From Leucoraja ocellata (lineage: Eukaryota): DNA of 64,000 nt. Below are positions 38,855 through 52,190 of this stretch, one piece after another; position 1 is the stretch's first letter; each line of letters starts with the position of its first letter. Location of the stretch: positions 1,116,001 through 1,180,000 of the forward strand of contig JAWMAR010000227.1 in assembly GCA_036785375.1 (NCBI GenBank), given 5' to 3'. The translations under genes were made by a program, and so were the position numbers. The notes under the pieces were generated by a model. The model was given only the letters and a program-made list of their open reading frames with translations. It searched no databases and was not told the origin of the DNA.

Positions 38855-39085
38855 AGGAGCGATTTAATAGGAACCTGATGGGTAACTTTTTCACACACAG
38901 GGTGGTGGATGTATGGAATGAGCTGGCAGAGGAGGTAGTTGAGGCAGGTGCTATCACAATGTTTAAAACATTTACAGGTACATGGATAGGACAGGTTTGG
39001 AGGGATATGGACCAAATGCAGGCAGGTGTGATGAGTGTCGATGGAACATGTTGGGCTGAAGGCTCAGTTTCCACACTCTATGACT
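38855..39085 (+). mobile_element. CR1-type LINE 3' fragment
   Basis: GNFFTHRVVDVWNELAEEVVEAG remnant and 3' UTR. Confidence 0.75.
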
Positions 39086-40054
39086 CTGGCTCTGAGCTAT
39101 CGGGACTTTTATTAGCTGATGTTGGGCAGTATAGTAAATGCCCTTAAAATTGCAGTGCACATCCGGTTCCCCTTTGGCTTGCTTGTGGATCTCAACCATG
39201 ACTTCAAGCCTGGCTGTATTATCCAAAATACACTGCAAATACAGCCAATTCAGTGGATGTGCAGCACTTGAGTTGAACACAATTTCTCCTCTGCATGACA
39301 TGTGGGTAGAGTCACTGGTTAGAGACAGATTTCCAACATAGTCTTAAAAATACTAACTCCAACAAAAATGGGATAGCCATCCAGACTGTGGATTTGCCAT
39401 ATTAGCTCCTGGTATTTATCTATTGGTCACAAGGGACTGTCCAAAAGATGTGAAAGTGCTTGAGAATTTGCTGAACAGAAACATCGAGGGTCTGACATAG
39501 CAGTTGCGTTGCGATTTGACTTTGTATCTGAAATTGTGCAGGTAATTGAAACCTCAGCAGATACTCTGACCTTTCTCTTGCCAACCAATGCCAATTTGGA
39601 CTGTTGCGAATCATTCTACTCATTCTAACTTCACCATTAGTGCCATTGAGGCACATTTTGACATTCCTGATTAAACGATTGAACTGATTTAAATCATGAC
39701 GTTTGCTTTTGATTTAGTTTTGGGTTTCAAGTGTTGGTGATGTCGGCATAGAGCTTTAAAGATTCATGAATGCTTTTCCCAACTTCATCGGAATATCGAT
39801 TACTGGAAAGTAACATTTGCTAGCTGATACAACTCCCATTGATTTTTAGCTTGCATTTCTTTGTCAATACAGCTCCATTTGGCTTTATAATGCAAAAATG
39901 CCGCTGCTGTTCTTAAGTTGCTTTACTTTTTGTGCTCAATGTTGCTTCTGTTACTGAATGTTAGAGCCATTATTGGTTTTATTTGTATTTAACTTTGCTG
40001 TGCTGCTTTTTCTTTTGAGCTTTGCCAATCTTTATTCCTGACCTTTCATTGCAG

Positions 40055-40088
40055 GGTTGAGTTAACCCCTGACCTCACCTCCGTCTAG
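40055..40088 (+). CDS. MXRA7: MXRA7 alternative terminal exon 1 (R-VELTPDLTSV*)
   Basis: Long pyrimidine tract and ttgcAG acceptor; phase-2 compatible with the 33601 donor. The peptide resembles the recalled mammalian isoform ending IELTSDLTSL. Downstream sequence is UTR-like, with AATAAA at 40276 and 40973. Confidence 0.8.
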
Positions 40089-40972
40089 GTTCTAGGCCCG
40101 ATGACAATTTGTGTAACGGTGTTTTGGTAAGGCTTGTCTATTTTCAGTATGCCCCTTGCATGTTAGTCCTCCACATCATAACACTCCCCCCTGTCTGTCA
40201 TTCCTGAACTATTGCCTGCCTTGTAACATAACCCTGTTTATCTGAACCTTTTTAATCCTGTATTAACTGGTCACAAATAAACTGAAAAACTGAATCTGTG
40301 AAGGTTCAATGAAAAACAACAAATGGTATTTAAGCCTGAACCCTATTAATGCAAATGACCATTCAATGCAAGCTTCAAAAGGTCCCATCCATTGTAATTG
40401 TGTGGATGTTTAACGGGAACTAAAATTCCTTGAGTACGTGTTGGCTAAATGTAATGTGACAGATATCTGCAGGGATGGTCCTTGTTGCTAGTCCACCTCC
40501 TGTGGTATTTGTGTTGCCTTTAACTTGCCTTCACCGCGGTGTACATCCACCAATTCAGTCTTCCTTTTTAACAAATGCCAAGTTAATTCCAATTCCAGTA
40601 GACTCTAGAGATCACCCAGTACACTCTACTACACACACAATATACAATTTACAAAGGACAATTAATCTACAACTCAATGTTTGTTTGATTTTATCTCTTG
40701 CATCTTTTTTTTCTTTCCCACCCCCTGCAGTGCACAGACACCTCTGCCTCTATTCTCCAACCAAACATGCACTAGCTCACTATTGAGTATAGAATATGAC
40801 CAGTTCCCTAACTGGCCCTGTTCTGGTTGCAATTGCATGAGCATGCTTGTGGGATACTTTTTATTTTTATGTTTAAGCTTTTTTTTCTCTCTCATAAATT
40901 GAGCTATTTAATGCAAGGCATTTGTTTCACTGCTGTTTGATTTTATGGTTGCATTTGTCTCATTGTGAAAGA

Positions 40973-40978
40973 AATAAA
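40973..40978 (+). promoter_or_regulatory. Candidate polyadenylation signal for alternative terminal exon 1
   Basis: AATAAA at the end of a U-rich, UTR-like stretch; a more proximal AATAAA lies at 40276-40281. Confidence 0.45.
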
Positions 40979-43900
40979 GCTGTTGGCTTGCACCTCGTTA
41001 ATGGTGAAGTTGGCCATTTGACTGAAGAGGGGCTCAGACCCAAAACGTTACCCATCCTTTTTCTCCAGTGATGTTGCCTGTCCCGCTGAGGTCACTCCAG
41101 CGCGTTATGTCTATCTTGACCATTTGGCTGCTTGATCTGTTCAGTTTAAGGTTATAGCAATCTTTGACCTTGCTCAATGTACCAAGGTCTTTGGATTGAT
41201 CTAACAAACTTCTGATTAATGGCATTCTTTACAATCATGGATTTAAAAGCTTACAGCTTGAACACCAGTATTAAATCCCTTTATTTACCACCTGCCTTCT
41301 GCTTGGCTCCAATTTTTATTTATTTTTTTTAAATAAAAAAATTATGTGAGAAAAGTACCAGCTTTTAAAAAGGGTCTCTGTACCTTAGGGTTGCCTTATA
41401 TTCAAAGCTTGGGTTAAATCGGCCATTACCTTTGAAATTCCCTCATTTCAATAACTGCTCACTGCAAATCATTCCCTTGAAGCCATTAGTTTTGATGAAG
41501 ATTTTGTGCTTGGTGACATTTTTAATCTAAGCACGTGATCTCACAATAAATCAGCCCCATTGCAATAAACTTGTGGAATGGTGAGAAATGAGTAGCAAAA
41601 GTAGAATTTCAATTACATTTGCTAGAGTAAAGATGTAACCATCTTTAATTTTGTGCTTGCATCCACACTGATTGCATTGCCACGTTTTCATGGGGAAACC
41701 TTTGTCTTTCTATCTCATTATTGTTAACCATGCAGTTAACACTCCAAGGATTCTTACAGTTTCATCAATTTGAATATCTGCCCTTTTTTCCTGTGCACTG
41801 TCAACAGTGTCTTGGGCGTTGGTATTGTGTGTCATTCAGTAACTGAGATTGAAATAGAAAACATCTAATCAATCTTTGGAGATGCTACCAATTTTATCTG
41901 AAGGTTGCAACAGGATCCATATCAACAAGGACACAGGAATGGTTGATGGAATTTAACACTGGCAAGTGTAGCCACTGAGGGACTTGGAAAATGGGGTGAC
42001 CTTTTTGAATGAGATGAGTGGTTGAATATTGATTTAATTTTTCCACATTTTCTTGAACAAGGTTTTGCTGTTTGTAATGCAGGTCCATCTCTTTTCCGTC
42101 ACTTCCTTTAACCCGGCCAAAATCATAAGAGCACACTTGAAATCCTCCCCAGAAGACTCCTTAAATGTGGTGCCTAGGCCAGTGAGGCAGCTGATCTCCA
42201 CCACATCGGGACTTCTGATCGGCACAATTTGCAATCAACACTCTGGAACTCTGGCCCGCATGGCGCTGGTAGATCCGTTCCCAGAGCTGACATCTGAGGC
42301 TGACGTTGCAGGCCGGTATCTCGGTACCTAGGCAGACCGTTCCAGTACCGCTGAAATCCTCCCGGAGGCCATGACTCTTGGTCAGGCAAAATCCAGCAAA
42401 GCTCTGGAACCAAGGGTGCTGGAAAATCAGTGGTGGGTGTGTACCTTGATGTGAACTTACCAACTTGTCAAGTTCAATTTGTGGATGAAATGCAACCATC
42501 TTCCAAACGAGCCATTCTTTGCCATGTCCGTGCATTTAATGCCCCATTGCTTATTTCTTGAAAGCTCATTGGCATTAATGTCTAGAACAGCAGCGTGCAT
42601 GCACATATTGATTTAACATCTTTGGGCCATTCACTTGAACTTCCTATTCCAAAGTAAATTAATATTTCAAGTGCCCCTGCTCTCTATGAAATTGTCTGGA
42701 GTTAATGATATTGTTTGCAAATTCTGGTAGAGAATCCAAAGATGCATTAATCATTCTCAAGGGGTCTACATATGAGAGATTGAGCAGATTAATTTGAAAC
42801 TATTTAATCACAAGACAGTAATTGAAAAGATGAACTAAGCACATTATCTCCTATTAACTAAAGGCTTGTGTTTTGCGTTTGAATATTTCTGTAGGACTCC
42901 TATGCTGCTTCGCCACAAGTTGCAAAGTGATGCATCTCCTCAACCATATCAGTGTTGCACAGACATGTGTCAGAACAAAATGCATGGAGGCCGTGAACCT
43001 TAACCCGAGTGAGATTAACAATATCTTCTAGGCAGTACACTTTGCCCATCTTCGTGACATGATCTAGAGAAATAGTCCTGACCATAATGACCTAAAGGGC
43101 ACGACGTTCCCAGAACTGAGAAAGAGGAACTGTGGAGTGTGCAGTAACCGTAAACAAGATTGTGATAGGACAGGTATTGGCTTGGTTGGATCGCCATGGC
43201 CTAATCAATGTAGTTGCAAAAGGCATCTACAGATTTCCACTAGTAGATAAACAGTAAATGTTAGAGGGTGGTCATGAATTAAAGGATCCACTCATCATCC
43301 TCTGACCTCAACTGTCTCATGACTTGGAAACCGTTAAAATTAAACCTCTATAGAAATGACTCTGGAATTAAATGTGCATTAAAAAAATAACTCTAACTGC
43401 TTCATTAGTTGGAAGTATCTCCGAGGTTGGGAAGGGTGGTCTCTCAAAATAGCGATTTATCAGTAAACTCATTCAGAAAAGAGACTACGGTGGTGAAATG
43501 AATTAGTCTCTGAAATGTAGCCTGATCCAGTAAAATCTCCCAAGTGCGGGTACTTGTAACAGATGGGGCTTGAGCACTTGGGTTTGGTATTCTAAGAAAA
43601 GATACACATCAATCAGCCTCTAAGATTGCTCCTGTGTAGGGAGTGGATAGGAAAAAGTGTGATAATATAGCGCCACTGTAAATGGGTGATTATTGGTTAG
43701 CATGGGCTTAGTGGGCCGAAGGACCTGGGTCCATGCTCTATTTCTAAAACATATCATTGCACGCTATCTCCAGCAGGTTTGTCTGCTCTTGATCACCTTC
43801 TCAGCCAGCTGATAGAAGGGTTTCGGCCCGAAACGTCACCTATTTCCTTCGCTCCATAGATGCTGCTGCACCCGCTCAGTTTCTCCAGCAATTTTGTCTA

Positions 43901-44229
43901 CCTTATTTATTGAACTTACGGTTTACAGTACTTGGTGAAACACAATACTCCAGTGAAGTACTTGAGGGGAGCAAACAGTGAATATAAATGTGAGAACTTG
44001 TATTTAACGTTCCAAGAAATCCAATTTTAAATTCCAAATGTTTCCCAATGTGCACAGCGAGGAGAGCTTGTATGTGGAGCCAATTGCCTGTCTAACCGTC
44101 TTCTCGTCTATAACTAGGCAAAGGTTTGAGTATTTTTTTTAGTGTGTGTGCGTGTGTGTGCATATCTGCAATGTACTGGAATATCACCAAATATTAAAAA
44201 CTAAAATTTACAAGGAATATGTCCACGTT

Positions 44230-45240
44230 ATAGGAGCAGAATGAAGCCATTTGCCCATAAAGTCGACTCCACCATTCAATCAAGGCTCATCTATCTTTCC
44301 CTCTCAACCCTATTCTCCTGTCTTCTCCCTATAACCCCTGATATCTATACTAACCAAGAATCTGTCACAATCTCTGCCTTTAAAAAATATCCAGTGACTT
44401 GGCCTCCACAGTCGTCTGCAGCAATGAATTTCACAGATTCACCATCCTCTGACCAAAGACGTTCCTCCTTGTCTCCTTTCTAAAGATACGCCCCTTCATT
44501 CTGAGGCTATGGCCTCTGGCACTATACTCTCCCACTAGTGGAACATTCTCTCCACATCTACTCCATCCAGGCCTTTGTTTAAAGTTAAACAAGTGACATT
44601 GTTTAAAATTAGGCAGCAATCTGGTAACTTAAACCAAGCCTTTTTGAAAATGTTGGTTAAATAGCTCACTTTTTAAAGCACTTTAGCTCTGCCTATTATG
44701 AACTTTGATCGTTGTCTGATCTTTGCTGAATAAGATTGCACATTAAAATGAATTAGTCTTCTAGAGAGCCAAAGGAGATTTTAAGTTGTTTAAAAATGAA
44801 AAAAAAATGGTATAATTTCCTTAATCGAGCCATTCACCAGTTACCGTTACATTCAAGACTCCATTGTTTTCCAAGATGTGCATGGGAAGATCAGAAGACA
44901 TAGGAACAAAATTAGGCCATTCAGTCCATCGTGCCCTCTCCGCATTCATACATGGCTGAACCTTTTTCTGCTTAACCCCATTCTCCTGCCTCCTTGTAAC
45001 CTTTGACACAATTACTAATCACGAACCTATCAATTTCCGCTTTAAAAATACCCAATGATTTAGCCTCCACCGTCATCTGTGGCAATGATTTGCAGATGTG
45101 CCACCCTCCGGCTAAAATTCCTCCTCCATCTTCATTCCAAAAGTATGTCTCTTTATTCTGCGGTTGTGCCCTCTGGTCCTAGACAGCCATTACTGGAAAC
45201 ATCTTCCCCCACATCCACTCTGTTGAGACCTTTCATTATT
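44230..45240 (-). mobile_element. Two older CR1 3' fragments (about 44230-44575 and 44895-45240)
   Basis: Reverse complements of SARGHSLR / QRMVNL coding remnants and CR1 3' UTR. Confidence 0.7.
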
Positions 45241-45847
45241 CAAGAATTACACAACAAACCAGAAGCAATAGCTTCAACATTAAATAGTTGTATTCTGGTT
45301 CAAATTAACCTTTGACTCGTATATTTGTACTGTGGGTTTTTAACTAGCTTGCCTACCTTTCCACATGTGCATGTTTTTAAAGGTAAAACTTAAAACATCC
45401 TGACCTGCCTTTGAAATAGCAAAGGCATGTGTAAATGTGGCCCTTTGTACCTCGGGGAGGTAGGTGTTCTGTCACCTCTTGCTTTTCTAGCTGTTGTTTT
45501 CAGGGCTGCTGGGAATTGACATTGAACAATTGTACTTTGCACTGATGAGGACAAGGTCATGAATCAAACAATTTTTGTTCCGCTTCCTGTTTGTATAGTT
45601 GCTGGCCAGTTATGCTGCAAGCTCATCAATGGGTAATATTCACTGTTTCTCCAGCTGGTAGAGCTGTTTCCTCACAGCACCAGAGACCAGGGTTTGATCT
45701 AGACCTTCTGTTGTCTGTGTGGACATTGCACGTGGGTTTTCTCCGGGTGCTCCGGTTTCCTCCCGCATCCTGATGATGCATGATTTTGTAGGTTAATTAG
45801 CCTCTGTGAACTGCTACAAGTGTGCAGGGAGTAGATGAGAAAGTGGA

Positions 45848-48249
45848 ATAGAAACATAGAAACATAGAAAATAGGTGCAGGAATAGGCCATTCGGCCCTT
45901 CGAGCCTGCACCGCCATTCAATATGATCATGGTTGATCATCCAACTCAGTATCCTGTACCTGCCTTCTCTCCATACCCCCTGATCCCTTTAGCCACAAGG
46001 GCCACATCTAACTCCCTCTTAAATATAGCCAATGAACTGGCCTCAACTACCTTCTGTGGCAGAGATTTCCAGAGATTCACCACTCTCTGTGTGAAAAATG
46101 TTTTTCTCATCTCGGTCCTAAAAGTTTTCCCCCTTGTCCTTAAACTGTGACCCCTTGTTCTGGACTTCCCCAACATCGGGAACAATCTTCCTGCATCTGG
46201 CCTGTCCAACCCCTTAAGAATTTTGTAAGTTTCTATAAGATCCCCGCTCATACTTCTAAATTCTAGCGAGTACAAGCCGAGTCTATCCAGTCTTTCGTCA
46301 TATGAAAGTCCTGACATCCCAGGAATCAGTCGGGTGAACCTTCTCTGTACTCCCTCTATGGCAAGAATGTCTTTCCTCAGATTTGGAGACCAAAACTGCA
46401 CACAATACTGCAGGTGGGGTCTCACCAAGACCCTGTACAACTGCAGTAGAACCTCCCTGCTCCAATACTCAAATCCTTTTGCTATGAATGCTAACATACC
46501 ATTCGCTTTCTTCACTGCCTGCTGCACCTGCATGCCTACTTTCAATGACTGGTGTACCATGCCACCCAGGTCTCGTTGCATCTCCCCTTTTCCTAATCGG
46601 CCACCATTCAGATAATAGCGGTACCCCACTAGTCACTGCCTGCCATTGTGAAAAGGACCCGTTTACTCCTACTCTTTGCTTCCTGTCTGCCAGCCAGTTC
46701 TCTATCCACATCAATACTGAACCCCCAATACCATGTGCTTTAAGTTTGTATACTAATCTCTTATGTGGGACCTTGTCGAAAGCCTTCTGAAAGTCCAGAT
46801 ATAACACATCCACTGGTTCTCCCTTATCCACTCTGCTAGTTACATCCACGAAAAATTCTATAAGATTCGTCAGACATGATTTACCTTTCGTAAATCCATG
46901 CTGACTTTGTCCAATGATTTCACCACTTTCCAAATGTGCTGCTATCCCATTGTCAAACTGAGTTCTTCTATTAATCTAGTCAACTTGACTCAAACACTTG
47001 TTGCTGTTAAAATCAATTATTTATTCAGCTGAGACTAGTCTCTTGAACCTTCCAACACAGAGCTGATGCTCTGGGCGGGACCAGAGCGGGACTTTGATAT
47101 AAACTCATGGCATTTGTAAAGGTATTAGACATTTCAGATACAGAGGGTATGACAAGCTAATAACCAATCATCTGAGTCCTTCTGGTGATTTACAACATCA
47201 GTCACATGATCCCCCTTCCCTGGCCTCTTTACAACCTGCGTTTGCCTGTGGTATAACTTTGCTTATTTTATTTCAACACAGCAAAACCCCAGTAGGCCCA
47301 ATTATCAAAGACCACTCCTCAAAATATAAGATACATATATAATATAATAATCACACGTCATCCACACACTTCCCATACCAAGAAGAAAAATATTTCTATA
47401 AATCTAAACAATTTCTATGTCTAATGTTTACATTCCTACTAAGACAATACATTTCATAATTTGCTTTACTACAATTTCACAGTTTGAAATACGATTACCT
47501 ATTTCTTTAAAACATAAGTTTGCTGAATTACAGTTTCCAAGTTCAAAACCCATACTCATCCCAACCAAGCATACATGGGTCGTAAATCTGTCAACTTACT
47601 TAATAAGTGTTTGTTTCCAGGGTACAGCTTCATTCTTAACTTACAGCCTCCCCTTTTCCTGCTATCTCTGGGAGCTGTATTTCCAATCTCTCTACACGGC
47701 CTTTTACAAATATTACAAATTATCTTCTTCTCCAAGCAACTACTCCTCTTCACATACATCCTAATTCAACATAGCCAAGGGTAACTACAGGGCCTATTAT
47801 CTCTCAGCCCTGAACTATATCTCAAACTCAGCACAAACCTCACAGATTAAGAATGTCCATAAAGAAAAGAGCAGTTGACCTCTGGCCTAAGAAGACACCC
47901 CTATTCAGCTATCCATTCTCCAACACAAAGTCATATCAAATACAATTTCCTCCAGTGTTATAATTGCCTCAAAGCAATAAACTAAGCATGGCAGGTTCAG
48001 GTTCAGGCCTCCATGTTTTGATTCATCTTTGCCTGTGTGTATGTGTCTGTTTGCACTTTATGTTGTTAGGAAAACCTTAAGCGTTTCCTTTGCAAATACC
48101 TAGCTTATATAAAAGTCACTATCCACGTGGTTCTATTTATATAATATTTCTTCACCATCTTTAATAACTGACTCTAGCAGTTTCCCCACTACCGATGTTA
48201 GACTAACTGGTCTGTAATCCCCGTTTTCTCTCTCCCTCCCTTTTTAAAA
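45848..48249 (-). mobile_element. CR1 (HER1-like) LINE with an internal deletion, split by a solo LTR and inserted in a V-SINE
   Basis: ORF2 motifs over 45946-46950; the sequence resumes at 48159 exactly as in the 13658 copy (gctatcccat|ctttaataactgact). About 250 bp are missing at ~46618. Confidence 0.9.
46951..48154 (-). mobile_element. Solo LTR (ERV- or Gypsy-type), about 1.2 kb
   Basis: TG...CA termini (tgtca...cttca); 4-bp TSD ccat at 46947-46950 and 48155-48158; precisely interrupts the CR1. Minus-strand AATAAA at 47020-47025. Confidence 0.8.
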
Positions 48250-51200
48250 CATAGAACTAGTGTGAACAAATGATCGGCGTAGGCTGAAGTGCCTATTTTC
48301 CTACTGACTCTTACAATCAATACACAGACACTTGTTTATCTGCTGGTTATTTCCATTTTATCCATTATCTTTTAACAGCCCTCATAAATCTGGCATGCAT
48401 CCGTAACCTAGCAACCTTGGCTTCAGCCGATCAGAATTACTAACTTTGCTCTTTCACCTTTGGCCTCCAACTCACTAGTAATGAGGGTTTGCAGCATGGA
48501 CACAGGCCCTTCGGCCCACCAAGTCCATGCCGACCATCAATCCTCGTCCTCTAGCACTGTCCTACACACTAGGGACAACTTGCAATTTTCACCAAAGCCA
48601 ATCAACCAACACACTACAAAGACGTGCAGGTTTGAGAGGAAACCAGTACACCAAGATAAAACCCATGCGGTCACAGGGAGCACATACACACTTTGGACAG
48701 ACAGCACCCGTAGTCATGATCGAACCTAGGTCTCTGGCGCTGTATGACAGCAACTCTTACCCCTGTGCCACTGCCATGGAAGGTTCTAGGATATTAAACC
48801 TTGACTGTTTCTCCTTCCCAAGTATCCATGGCATTATAGATTAATTCGCAAATATAGTCGTTGTCAAATGTTATGGATTAAATTACCTAACACAACGCAC
48901 TGCAGCAGAGATTGCATAATCAATTCATAGCAGTATAGAGAAACTAAGCTCTATCTCGTGGGCTGTGCTGCGAACATGCAGAGAGAAATTGAATGACTTG
49001 GGTTATTGGCATGTGCATGAATGGGGTGAGGTATTGGTAGAATGCAGCAGTATCTCAGGCACAGCGTGGACTTTGGAAATGGTGCCAAAGCATAGCCCCT
49101 CTTCTCAGTGGATTATTTCTGTACACTTGTTTCTCAAGGATCGGGTGCATTGCAATATTCTACAACTGTTTGAATGAAAGAGAATTTCACTGCTGGCACT
49201 TTGCACACGTGACGATAAAAGAACCATTAATTCTGGCAATACACACATAATAGTCTGAAGAAGGGTTGCGACCCAAAACATCACCTATTCCTTTTCTCCA
49301 GAGATCTCCAGCTGCCTAAACTGTTGTGTTACTCCAGCACTGTGTGTATCTTGGGTATAAATCAGCACTTGCAGTTCCTTCCCATGCGCACTATACAAAT
49401 TGCACATGCATACTCAAGACTTTGCAAGAACAGACAAATGCAAAACATAATTGGGAAAGCAGTCCATGATAGTGCAAGAACTGGTCCATGGTGTTCTGTT
49501 TCTGAGGTAGGCTTAGGGTTGTTCAAGAACCTTACAGTTGTGGAGAAGTAACTGTTTCTGGTCCTGGTGGTGTGGAACTTCTATACCTCCTGACTGATGG
49601 TGTGTTTATCTCTGCTTGGGTCATAGTTGGGGGGGGGGGGGGAGGGTAAGGATTGTTGTCCCCACTTATCAAGTGTTCATTGATACTATTCCCATTTCTC
49701 CTCATCTGCACCAACTCCTAAATTCTCTACCACTCATTTTCCTTACGAGGATCAATGTAGGATGACAAAGTAACCTGCAAACTCCTACTTGTGCACTGTA
49801 GGAGGAAGGTAAAGTATCTGGAGAAAACTCATACAATCAGAATGCACCAGACCCTGAAGTCTGAATTCAATCTTGTTTGCTGGAACTGGGTTAAGAATGT
49901 CCATAAAGAAAAGAGCAGTTGACCTCTGGCCTAAGAAGACACCCCTATTCAGCTATCCATTCTCCAACACAAAGTCATATCAAATACAATTTCCTCTAGA
50001 GTTATAATCGCCTCAAAGCAATAAACTAAGCTAAGCAGGTTCAGGTTCAGGCCTCCATGTTTTGATTCATCTTTGCCTGTGTGTATGTGTCTGTTTGCAC
50101 TTTATGTTGTTAGGAAAACCTTAAGCGTTTCCTTTGCAAATTACCTAGCTTATATACAAGTCACTATCCAAGTGGTTCTATTTGTATAATATTTCTTCAC
50201 CATCTTTAATAACTGACTCTAGCAGTTTCCCCACTACCGATGTTAGACTAACTGGTCTGTAATCCCCGTTTTCTCTCTCCCTCCCTTTTTAAAACATAGA
50301 ACTAGTGTGAACAAATGATCGGCGTAGGCTGAAGTGCCTATTTTCCTACTGACTCTTACAATCAATACACAGACACTTGTTTATCTGCTGTTTATTTCCA
50401 TTTTATCCATTATCTTTTAACAGCCCTCATAAATCTGGCATGCATCTGTAACCTAGCAACCTTGGCTTCAGCCGATCAGAATTACTAACTTTGCTCTTTC
50501 ACCTTTGGCCTCCAACTCACTAGTAATGAGGGTTTGCAGCATGGACACAGGCCCTTCGGCCCACCATGTCCATGCCGACCATCAATCCTCGTCCTCTAGC
50601 ACTGTCCTACACACTAGGGACAACTTGCAATTTTCACCGAAGCCAATCAACCAACACACTACAAAGACGTGCAGGTTTGAGAGGAAACCAGTACACCAAG
50701 ATAAAACCCATGTGGTCACAGGGAGCGCATACACACTTTGGACAGACAGCACCCGTAGTCATGATCGAACCTAGGTCTCTGGCGCTGCATGACAGCAACT
50801 CTTACCCCTGTGCCACTGCCATGGAAGGTTCTAGGATATTAAACCTTGACTGTTTCTCCTTCCCAAGTATCCATGGCATTATAGATTAATTCGCAAATAT
50901 AGTCGTTGTCACATGTTATGGATTAAATTACCTAACACAACACACTGCAGCAGAGATTACATAATCATTTCATAGCAGTATAGAGAAACTAAGCTCTTTC
51001 TCGTGGGCTGTGCTGCGAACATGCAGAGAGAAATTGAATGACTTGGGTTATTGGCATGTGCATGAATGGGGTGAGGTATTGGTAGAATGCAGCAGTATCT
51101 CAGGCACAGCGTGGACTTTGGAAATGGTGCCAAAGCATGGCCCCTCTTCTCAGTGGATTATTTCTGTACACTTGTTTCTCAAGGATCAGGTGCATTGCAA

Positions 51201-51932
51201 TATTCTACAACTGTTTGAATGAAAGAGAATTTCACTGCTGGCACTTTGCACATGTGACGATAAAAGAACCATTAATTCTGGCAATACACACATAATAGTC
51301 TGAAGAAGGGTTGCGACCCAAAACATCACCTATTCCTTTTCTCCAGAGATCTCCAGCTGCCTGACCTGTTGCGTTACTCCAGCACTGTGTGTATCTTGGG
51401 TATAAATCAGCACTTGCAGTTCCTTCCCATGCGCACTATACAAATTGCACATGCATACTCAAGACTTTGCAAGAACAGACAAATGCAAAACATAATTGGG
51501 AAAGCAGTCCATGATAGTGCAAGAACTGGTCCATGGTGTTCTGTTTCTGAGGTAGGCTTAGGGTTGTTTAAGAACCTTACAGTTCTGGAGAAGTAACTGT
51601 TTCTGGTCCTGGTGGTGTGGAACTTCTATACCTCCTGACTGATGGTGTGTTTATCTCTGCTTGGGTCATGGTGGGGGGAGGGGGGGGGTAAGGATTGTTG
51701 TCCCCACTTATCAAGTGTTCATTGATACTATTCCCTTTTCTGCTCATCTGCACCAACTCCTAAGTTCTCTACCACTCATTTTCCTTACGAGGATCAATGC
51801 AGGATGACAAAGTAACCTGCAAACCCCTACTTGTGCACTGTAGGAGGAAGGTAAAGTATCTGGAGAAAACTCATACAATCAGAATGCACCAGACCCTGAA
51901 GTCTAAATTCAATCTTGTTTGCTGGAACTGGG
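47847..51932. repeat. Head-to-tail tandem duplication, unit about 2.04 kb (47847-49890 and 49891-51932)
   Basis: Both units start ttaagaatgtccataaag and end tttgctggaactggg. ORF pairs are duplicated (48460/50505, 48965/51010, 49324/51369) with scattered substitutions. Confidence 0.95.
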
Positions 51933-51974
51933 GCATAACTTCTGCCACATGTCACCATTCCACCCAAGGCACAG

Positions 51975-52190
51975 CTAGACACAAAATGCTGGTGTAACTT
52001 AGTGGGTCAGGCAGTATCCCTGGTAGATGAGGTTTCAGGTCGGGAACCTGCTTCAGTCTGAAGAATGGTCCCGACCTGAAACATCACTCGTCCTTTTTTG
52101 CCAGATATGCGGTATGTCCTGCTGAGTTGGTGCAGAACTTTGTCTCTATCTTTGGTATAAACCAGCATCTGCAGTTCTGTTTCTACTCTC
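51975..52190. mobile_element. Inverted pair of Penelope pLTR fragments with hammerhead motif
   Basis: A minus copy at about 51975-52056 is followed by a plus copy starting agtctgaagaatggtcccgacctgaaacatcact. Confidence 0.7.
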
